Below are positions 15,745 to 24,300 of a stretch of DNA of 24,793 nt, one piece after another. Every line of letters starts with the position of its first letter. Positions within the stretch are counted from its first letter, which is position 1. The position numbers and the translations under genes are program-made. This DNA comes from a virus. Taxonomy: Duplodnaviria; Caudoviricetes. A model generated the notes under the pieces. The model was given only the letters and a program-made list of their open reading frames with translations. It did not search any database and was not told where the DNA came from. Location of the stretch: the IMG/VR virus record IMGVR_UViG_3300044674_002650, positions 1-24,793 of that record. The stretch is one strand, 5' to 3'.

Positions 15745-15908
15745 TATATCAAACGGTTATATAGGACCGGATGATGTGCTCACCATGGAGCACTGCATAA
15801 AAAATGGCTACGTAGCTCAGTTGGTTAGAGCACAGCATTCATAATGCAGTATTCCACAGTGACCACCTCATTCGCCCTTATAACTTAACTGTCTATATCA
15901 AAATATAG
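15744..15908. promoter_or_regulatory. IHF-like sites flanking the att core
   Basis: CTATATCAAA direct repeat (15744, 15893). TATCAAACGGTTA (15747-15759) matches WATCAANNNNTTR exactly; the second copy has one mismatch. Confidence 0.6.
15806..15847 (+). other. attP identity block: 5' half of elongator tRNA-Met(CAT)
   Basis: GGCTACG-TA-GCTC-AGTTGGTTA-GAGC-A-CAGCA-TTCATAA-TGC, after which similarity stops. No T-arm or 3' acceptor strand. Lies 70 nt from int. Confidence 0.85.
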
Positions 15909-15992
15909 GTTGGAAACGCTACTCGTTAGCTAGGATCCTGTCGCCGGATATCCCACTTAGATTTTGAAATGACCACATCATTAAGGGAGAGA

Positions 15993-16232
15993 ATGATGAC
16001 TGTAATACGAATGCACAAAGGCAAAGACGTAGAAGATAGTCCAATACTTTCTTTGACTGCGACCTACCTCGATCCGGAAGTTCACTTAGGGCCGTCCGCC
16101 TACAGGGGCGAGGTTCTGATGGGGAGCGAGTGGACGCAGATGGATTGGGAGGATCGCTTGATCTTACTTCAAGATTGGATCCGAGACTTGGAGAGGCTAT
16201 ACGTGATAGAGAGAGAAGGCTCTATTGGGTAA
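15993..16232 (+). CDS. Hypothetical protein (79 aa; alternative start 15969)
   Basis: GGGAGAG RBS. Resembles the 5402-5623 protein. Confidence 0.65.
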   Translation: MMTVIRMHKGKDVEDSPILSLTATYLDPEVHLGPSAYRGEVLMGSEWTQMDWEDRLILLQDWIRDLERLYVIEREGSIG

Positions 16233-16674
16233 CAAAAGTGTGGTGGTCGATAGTCGCTCTTCGGAGCGGCTGTTTTCCAGAGGCAGGAAAGACGACGCCA
16301 CAAACTATTTTATTAACATCTGGCAGGCGGAACTCCGCGAGGAGGAGAGCCTCTGCAAGATCACCGCGCAAGCAGTTACTGGAGAGGATGGGGCGTTCCT
16401 AGAACACGGAATAGACCTTGCCTGTGCTTGCTACTGCCAGCATGAGGATCCCTATCCAGACGTGTCGTTATGCAAGGGGCCGCGCAGAGAGAAGATCCTG
16501 TCTGATATTGAGAGGACTCGCTCTGAGAAACCGAAGGATCGATTCCAGTATGAAGAGAGACCCAGAACGCCAAGGAAGGTGCGCAACACTGTAACCGGCC
16601 ATGTGTTTGACTGGCATCCTCTGATGCACATTTCAGAGAACGACGATCTGGAAGTGATTGCTTGGTTCAGATGA
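16225..16674 (+). CDS. Hypothetical protein (start uncertain)
   Basis: Longest ORF filling the gap. Its stop abuts the convergent gene. Confidence 0.45.
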   Translation: MGNKSVVVDSRSSERLFSRGRKDDATNYFINIWQAELREEESLCKITAQAVTGEDGAFLEHGIDLACACYCQHEDPYPDVSLCKGPRREKILSDIERTRSEKPKDRFQYEERPRTPRKVRNTVTGHVFDWHPLMHISENDDLEVIAWFR

Positions 16675-16941
16675 CTACTCTTCGGGGTAGTCCTCTTCAT
16701 CAAAATCATCAGCATCATCAAACAGAGCATTCAGGCAGGCCTTGATCTCCATTCCCTGAAGTGCGCCCAGTGCCGCTATCACGTCAGGCAAATCCCAATC
16801 CCCTCCGTACACCACCGCAGTCTCCATATCAGCGACATCAGTGAAGGCGTAGAACTTAGTCGCCTCCCCTGACAGGAGCATTTCTCTCAGCCTGTCGAGT
16901 TGCTCTATCGCTTCAGCGTTCTGGATTGGGATTACATTCAC
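16675..16941 (-). CDS. Hypothetical acidic protein (88 aa)
   Basis: GTGA overlap with the DUF1289 gene. Confidence 0.65.
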   Translation of the reverse strand: MNVIPIQNAEAIEQLDRLREMLLSGEATKFYAFTDVADMETAVVYGGDWDLPDVIAALGALQGMEIKACLNALFDDADDFDEEDYPEE

Positions 16942-17174
16942 CCTAGCTTTCTCGGCGTCTTTTCGACGTGGCAGGTATGGCGTATCGCGAAGTCACGCTT
17001 AGCCAGATCGATCACGACCAGTTTCTTTTCGACGTCGGACATCTGGTTCCACTCGGAGATCTCCTCCTGAGTGCGACCACATCCTTTACACGCCACGTCA
17101 CCAAAGATCGTTGCGGAACACCACCCATTGCAGGGGCTGTCCGACAGCGATGTTACTTCCCCATTGAGATCCAT
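16938..17174 (-). CDS. DUF1289 family Cys-rich (predicted Fe-S, YdhL-like) protein
   Basis: SPCNGWCS..CKGCGRTQEEISEWNQMSDVEK. GGAGGT RBS and upstream TATAAT (17210-17215, minus strand). Confidence 0.85.
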   Translation of the reverse strand: MDLNGEVTSLSDSPCNGWCSATIFGDVACKGCGRTQEEISEWNQMSDVEKKLVVIDLAKRDFAIRHTCHVEKTPRKLG

Positions 17175-17570
17175 CCTGACCTCCTTCTGAGAACATCATC
17201 ACAGCTTCTATTATACCGCGAAATGGCAAAGTCAAAGGGGGTTTCGGTGGTTCAGATTTTTCCCGCCAAAAATATTTTTTGTGATTTATTAACGCCGTAA
17301 AATCAATAACTTACGAAATGTCAGGGACAAAAATAGCCATTTTTTTGGCCATTTATTGCGGGATTCAGCCCACCAAATCCTCGTTTTTCGGGTGCAAGGC
17401 CTAGTGTTTATGCGGGTTTCAGCCCCACGATCCAAGGAAAATAGGATTTCGGAAAAGTACGTTTGATATGATGATCACATCACGCGCATCGTGACGTGTG
17501 AGAAAGGGGCCGGTGGGAGAACCACCTCCACACCGGCAGATGGCACAGGAACAATCTGGAGGAAAGACCC

Positions 17571-17801
17571 ATGCCAGCACGAAATGATACACCCAATCGC
17601 ATCCGTAAGATACCGATGCATCGCAAGATAAAGTACCTCATCAACGAGGAGGAGTGGGCGCACTACATGGGGTGTCACTACTTCAAGCAGATGGATGATG
17701 CGGGAGAGGACGTCTGGTACGCCGACCTTCTGGAGTTCAACAAAGTCGTCGAGGCATCAGACCTCACCCTTGAGGAGTTCCTCGATAAGGATTGGCGCTA
17801 A
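17571..17801 (+). CDS. Hypothetical protein (76 aa) with early-type leader
   Basis: Extended -10 TGaTATGAT (17464-17472), AACCAC hairpin and CAATCTGGAGG RBS. Confidence 0.7.
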   Translation: MPARNDTPNRIRKIPMHRKIKYLINEEEWAHYMGCHYFKQMDDAGEDVWYADLLEFNKVVEASDLTLEEFLDKDWR

Positions 17802-17908
17802 TACTTCTTCGCGGCCTTCTTCTTGGGGGCCGCTCGCTTCTTGCCCATGCACTTCCCCGCCTTCTTGCACTTCATCTTAGTCTTGCATCCTGCACACGGT
17901 TTAAACAT
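17798..17908 (-). CDS. Small basic Cys-rich peptide (36 aa, MFKPCAGCKTKMKCKKAGKCMGKKRAAPKKKAAKKY)
   Basis: Not in the ORF track. TGATG coupling and AGGAG RBS. Confidence 0.65.
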   Translation of the reverse strand: MFKPCAGCKTKMKCKKAGKCMGKKRAAPKKKAAKKY

Positions 17909-18165
17909 CACTTGCTCCTATGACGCGCTGTCTTCTTCGCAACCTTCTTAGGTTGCTTCGAGTGTTGCTTCCCCTTCTTCGTGTCCTCTCGCTTCTTGCG
18001 AGACGTTGCGGCGTACTCCTTTGCCGACAGGGACTTGATTGCCTTCTCAGGCAGGTAACGCTCACCCGTAGCCTTAGAGCCTTGGGTGCTGTTCTTGCCG
18101 GACTTGGTCCGCCACTTTTGTTTCGTCCACTTCTTGAGGGACTTCTGTGATTTCTTCAGGGCCAT
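17908..18165 (-). CDS. Basic protein, DUF5872 C-terminal half
   Basis: SQKSLKKWTKQKWRT..GERYLPEKAIKSLS..EYAATSRKKR..GKQ. TGATG coupling sets the start at 18165. Confidence 0.75.
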   Translation of the reverse strand: MALKKSQKSLKKWTKQKWRTKSGKNSTQGSKATGERYLPEKAIKSLSAKEYAATSRKKREDTKKGKQHSKQPKKVAKKTARHRSK

Positions 18166-18368
18166 CAGTCTCGATACCCCCCGCCAGCTTTCTTGTACTG
18201 CTGTGCCAGCATCTGCGCCTTCCTTGCTGACCACTGACCGGCCTTGCCACCCTTGCTACCGGCCTTGATCTTTTCAAAGAGACGCTTCCTCATGGCTGGC
18301 TTGGTGTAGTTCCCTGCGGCGTTTACCTTCGACTTCGATTTGGGCTTTGACTTCGCTTTCTTTGTCAT
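18165..18368 (-). CDS. Basic protein, DUF5872 N-terminal half
   Basis: YTKPAMRKRL..IKAGSKGGKAGQWSARKAQMLAQQYKKAGGGY. Confidence 0.8.
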   Translation of the reverse strand: MTKKAKSKPKSKSKVNAAGNYTKPAMRKRLFEKIKAGSKGGKAGQWSARKAQMLAQQYKKAGGGYRD

Positions 18369-21300
18369 CTCGTAGCCTCTCTGTAGCGCTGGTTGAACTT
18401 GTCGTACAGCTTCTGCATCTCAACTTCGATTCGCTGGATCTGGTCGTAAGCCTTGACCGGATCCTTCTGCGTCTTCTCGATCTGCTTCTTGCGCTGTCGT
18501 AGCTTGCGGAGTTGCTTCTGCGTCTCCTTGTACAGAGGCTCCAGCTTCGTCACTGATCCGAACTCGCGCTGGAACTCAAGCTTCTCTGCCCCAGTCGCCT
18601 CCTCGTTCTCTTTAAAGATCTGAGTCGCGGACCCGATGTAGTCGTAGTAGTCCATCTTGTCTGCGTAGTCGGATGGCTCGCCGAAGAAGTAGCGAACAAT
18701 CGGCACGTCAGAAGCTGTGATCTCCTCGTCCTCTGGACTGTTGTACTTGGCCGCGAGATCAGCAGAGCGGTTGACGAATCGACCCAGTCCGCCCAGCAGA
18801 TACTCTTGCAGGTACTGCATCCCGTCAGGCGAGACGTCTACTGCGCCAGAGCGGTACAGAGAGCCGCCTGTGGCGTCGTTCATCCACTCGGCGATATCTC
18901 GGTATACCTGTGAAGTAGCTCGCTTAGCTCGCGACGAGTCGGGCGCTGAAGGCCGGATGAGCGGGTTGTCCTCAAGGTACAGCGGACTACCAAAGTGATT
19001 AGTGTTGGTTGCGTACTGCACAACAGGCTCGAAGATCGAGGGAGCCACGTTGCCCAGCATCCGCTTTTGAAACTCGTCGAGATCATCAACCGTGCCGATA
19101 GATCCGACAAATCCGAGGGGGGGCGGAAGCATGTGATGCGCGAACGATGCTGTAATCTCTGCCGCTACGTCGCCCTCATCCTTCGTCTCGTTCATGTACT
19201 CGGCACCCAGACGTCCCAGCGTGTGGAAAAAGCCGTAGCCGTAAGGCATTGGGATCTGTGCAAACGTCTTGCCGTCGTCCAGAACCATGTTCCAAGACAT
19301 CAGGTGATCGTAGTCAGACAGATCGTTGTAGAGCGACTCTCCGTCGTCATCTTCGTCAGCCGCCCCGAGGTTGTGCTGAGTCACCATGTAGGCAATCAGA
19401 GCAATACTAGCGGCACCGATCTGGGCCTTTGTCAGAGAGCCATCAGCGGTCCTGCCCGACATGGCTTGCGCGATGTTTGCCGTGCCCTGAACTGCCGCGT
19501 TGAAGAACAGATAGAACAGGTTTAGGCCTGCACTCATTTCTCCCTTTCTGTTGAAGTTCACGGTCAGATTCTTGGCAAGGTTCGCCGCCGACTGAACAGA
19601 GACACCAGACTCTCTCGCAGAAACATAAGTAGCGAAACGGACTGCGTTCTCTGAAGCCTGATTGAGGTATTCAATCTGCTGAAGACCCTGCTTTCCTTTA
19701 GTGGTCAGGGGGCCGTCAGTTACCAGAGCGAAGAGTCTTTCTCGTTGCTCCTCGATCTCCTTCGTAAGAGTGAGTCCTGTTGGAGCGCCTGACTGTTGAT
19801 ACTCATCAAAGTATGCGTCGTACTCGTTGTCCGCTTTGTTTCCGCGAAGATTTTTGTAGTACGCGCTGTAGGCAGGCAGGTAGCGACGGATGATCTCGCC
19901 GGTCAGATTCTCACCCTCGACCATGCCGCCCTCTTTGCTTTCTTGCGCGAGGTTGTACATCAATCCGGTCTGGATATCGCGGAGTGGGTTGATCAGGAAC
20001 CAGCTTGGGTTCCAGTTGATCAGCATATTCCGGCGGAAGTTCTGGAACTTCTGCATAACAGGAGCCGCCGCTCCCAAGAAGCCAGTTAAGTTTTCAAAGT
20101 TCTCAGCGCCTACGTTATGCATAGCCTTGGCAAGGCCGAGGTTTTTGATCTCGATAAAGACCTCTTGCCCATCGACCTTGACGGACATAAATTTTGGGAC
20201 TTTGGGGGCGTCATCCCTTTTTGCAGTCCGCATCGTGGGCGCAGTTAATCGGCGTTGGCTAACCTTTCCTGTCGCGTCCGCTTCTCGCTTACCCATCGGG
20301 TATTCATCTTCAGGCCGATACACCTTTAGTTGCTCACTGCCACGCTCTTGGATGGCGTCGGCTAAGGCTAGAAACTGCTTTCCAACTTCGTTCCTTCTTG
20401 ATCGAGTAATCTTCTCTTCCGAGTCGGCTATCGCAAACAGAACGGGATTCTCTGCCTGAGAGACGCGGCCAAGCGCTCTGAATGATTCTTTGCCAGATAC
20501 GCTAAAGCCCTTGGGAAGCCCTCTAGGAGCAACCATGCCTTCATCACCATCGCTGGTGGCAAATCCTTTGAGCGGGACATAGAACTCATAGGTGCTGTCC
20601 CATGAGTCAGCCGTTTGCTCGTTTATCAGTCCAGCCTCTACCATCCGCTCCCTGTTCTTCGCGAGCATCTTGTAGACGATGTCAGCCGCCTTGAGCATAG
20701 AGGCGTTTTCAAGCTCTGCGACTACACGGTTTGCGTCCTCTGTAGTCATGCCCGCACCGATAAAGTCGGGGAGCGGACCCTCATAGTTCTGTTCTTCGTA
20801 CATCTTGGCGATCTTCGCGTTTCTCTCAGGCGCGTGTTTTGCCATCAGATACAAACCGAAGTCGTCGGGGTCGATGTCGTTTTCTCTGAGGATCTCCGCC
20901 ATTGGAGCGATGTAGTTATTCTCCAAATCGTCCAAGTCAGTCTTAACCTTCCCGCTGTGCAAAGTCTCTCCGACGTAAGTCTGCATGTGCTCTGGAAGTT
21001 CTTTGAGGCCCAAGAACTCTGCCGCCGCATCTTCAAACTTCTTCAGTGACAGGTACTGGTCTTGGATTCTTCGGAGAAATAACTCCAGACGAGTCTCATC
21101 ATCGAGAGTGAACTCGTTGCTAGATGGGTTGCCGTCTAAGAGGGTGTTGTCGCGCTGAGCGTCAGCGTGGGATTTCTTTTGCCCGCGCTTTGCGAGCGGA
21201 GTGTCTACTGCTGATTCTTGCGAGCCGACGTCAGGAGTTGCTGTACCTTCAGCTTGCTCGGCAACTGCTGGTTGCTCAGCGACATCTCCAGATCGTGCAT

Positions 21301-24300
21301 CTCCTGCACCTCGTCTATCGCTGTCAACACCGAATCGCTCTGCAAGTCTTGCGGCGGCGTTTGCGTAGTCTGGCGCTTCCGCATCTTCATATCCATTTTC
21401 AAATTCCTCTTGGCTTCTTGCGCCGTCGTATAGCCGTTTCTCAGGATACCACAGCAGAGCCTGAAGATCCGCCATGGTCAGTTCTGGGTAGTCGTTACGA
21501 AGCTCTGTCAGCGCGTCATTAAACACCTTGCGGATACGGTTTCTCTCCGCCGCAGTAGGCGCTTCAATCTGTCCGTCAGCGTCCTTGGCTAGACCGTTGC
21601 CCACCTTGCGCAGATCCTGCCCCAGATCAGTACGGTTCATGACCTCTCTGTTAGCGGGAACCATAGACGCCTTCTGGATTGCGTTCGCAGTCTCGATAAC
21701 GTCGGCATTTGACTGGGTTCTGATGTTGACGCCCAGATCCTTGAACGAACGCTTCTCTTCAGCAGTCATCTTGGCCACGATCTGGCGCATTTTCTTGGTT
21801 TTGTCCGCGATCAGATCAGGGCGCTCACCAATCAATGTGCCGGTCCATCGGCCCCACGTTCGACGCAACCAGCGATCCATCGTTAGCTGGTCAAAGTTGC
21901 CGTTCAGGTTGGCAAAGAATCCGTTGCCAATCTTAGGCCCGATAATCGCGGCACCGTATACCTCAGTATCGACCCACTCTCCGGTTACCTTGAAGCCAGC
22001 CTTCTGTAGCTCACCGACAGTCGTCTTAGAGTTGAACAACTCCATGACGTCGTTGATGCCGTACTGCTCAACCATGTCGTTGAACAGCTTGAACGTCTTG
22101 TTGATCGCGGCGGCGGCGTTACCAATGCCCACGTTGGTCGGGAACTTGCCGTCTCCCGCATCTTTATAAGCCCTGTATGCCGACTCAGCTAGCTCGAAGT
22201 TCTTGTCTACCTTCAGGCCATTCGAGGTGTTGGCGAGGGCAAACGTAAATGCAAACTTTGCTTGCGGATCTGTGGCGATTTCTGGGTGAATCTTGGCCAG
22301 CGTATTGATAGCCTCGCCAACCGTTCGGTCGTACCAGCCGATAGCATTCTCGTTATCAACCAATGCTTCTTGCGCATCGCTGACGGTGATCTCGACGAGG
22401 TACTTGTTTGCCTCTTCGGTATCTTCGCGCAGGTTCAGGCCCATGCGCTCCTGCTCATCGAGAGATTTCTGCTGTAGATCTACCTTGAACGGACGCTGGT
22501 TGGGATAGCTGGTAGCCGCCGCAGTCTCTCTGGCAGATACGAGACCCATCGGGGATCGCATGAGCAGGACGTTGTCTGCGGGGGGCAGTTCATACCCCAT
22601 GAGTTGGATGAGGCGCTGAACCGCTTCGTTGCGGTTGTCGCCTATGCCGAATATGGCGTCAGGTGATCCTGCGTCTGACTCGACCCAGATCCATCTGGGC
22701 GTTGAGAACTGAAGGGTGTCTCGGAATATCTGTGTAACGGTCCCGTCTGGGAATGTTACGTTGTACTCTCCGTTGGTGGAGAAGTTGTCTGCTCGCTTGA
22801 TGACGAGGTCTTCTGGGCGTACCACCCGTCCGTCACTGTCCCCGTCTGGCTGTTCGGTCTCTCCGCCCACGACTTCACTGGTCGGCCCCGCTTCAGCGCC
22901 ATCTCCGCCAACGACTCCAGTTCCGCCTGCGTCTTCCACTTCTGCGCTTCCGCTGACGGTGGATGGCCGAACTTCTCCCTGTACTCCTGTACCTTCGGGC
23001 TGTACTTGGGCTTCTGTATTTTGATCTGTCGCATTGTCTGCGCCTCGGATGGTTCGGATGACCTCGTAGGCCTCCGGTGCTTGTGATTTTAACAGGCGGG
23101 GATCGCTAACGTACACCGCGCCAAGCTGGGCAAAGACCTCTTGCTCCATGGTTCGGCCCAAAATATCGAAATCCGCATTGAGATCCTGCGTGTCCTCATC
23201 GAGCATATTGAACGGGTACGCGAATAGCCGCCCCACTTCCGTCTGATTGACGTAGTTATCGTACAACTCCATGACAACGTCGCCAGCCGTCATTACCGGA
23301 CCCTCTGCCGTGAAGGAGATCTCCGTCTTGAAGCTGGGCAGGTTCAGAGTGATGTCGTTGTTGAGGTCGAAGACGTGGTGCATCTCATGCGCGAGGATCA
23401 TTCGCAGAGCACTAGCTCCCTCATCGGTTCTAGCCTTGTCCACCACTCCGTCACGCAGGCTTACGCCACTGGCGAGAGCAACACCATCAGCGCCATTGAA
23501 GTCGTCGTCAGTGTGAACGCTGATCTGTTCGAGGCTACTGATTGCCTCGGGAGCCATTCCGCTCTCCACCAAATCAAAGACAGCCTGCTGAATCTCTTCA
23601 ACGAGATCCTGATTTGCTTCCCCCAGATATTTGTTTGCGGGCTGGTAAAACGAAACAGTTTTATCTCGGTTTCGCACCTTGAACTGATTGCGCATCGCTG
23701 TAGCGACTTTTTCTGCAATGCCATCAAGACCCGTGGACGGGATGACAATCGGGTCATCGCCGTTTGGTTGCTGTATTTCCTGTCCCGCCGTGGCGTCTAG
23801 GTTTGCCTGACGCTCTTCGAGAGTGACTGACCCAGCGCGGTTAATCACACCGTTGAAGATGCTGGTTTCGTCGGTGCGGTCAAACGTAGAAGACGCGATA
23901 GGAGTCTCCTCCATTTCGTCGCGGGTCATCAGAGCTTCGATACGCTTGCGCAGAGGCTCCTGTCTGGCCTCCGGCATGGTCTGGATGATCTCCTCGACCT
24001 GCTCTACAGGGATCGTCTCTTCAAGTACGTCTGCCTGCACCAGTGCGACCTGCAAATCCTCTGGCAAGTCGTCTGCCTGAACGATCTGATTAGCCAAGTC
24101 GGAGCGCATCTGTTGCACCTCGACACCGGCCTTCGCATCTTCAATGGCCCTAGCCATTTTCTTGCCGAACGTGCGAGGCTCTCCGTCCATGGTCTCTGCC
24201 GTGACCGTAGAGACTTCGCCATTCTCATCGTAGTTAGTGCTGAAGTAGCGGAACGTGCCGCGACGGGCTGTGAATGTGGAGTCCTCGGCGTTGAAGGTAA

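Noticed and set aside
15806-15880. Complete tRNA-Met gene
   Set aside because: No T-arm (GGTTCRA) or 3' acceptor strand; treated as the att identity block.
17507-17550. HDV-like ribozyme suggested by the GGCCGG start
   Set aside because: No P2/P3/P1.1 nested pseudoknot or catalytic C-containing J4/2 could be built; it is a simple hairpin.
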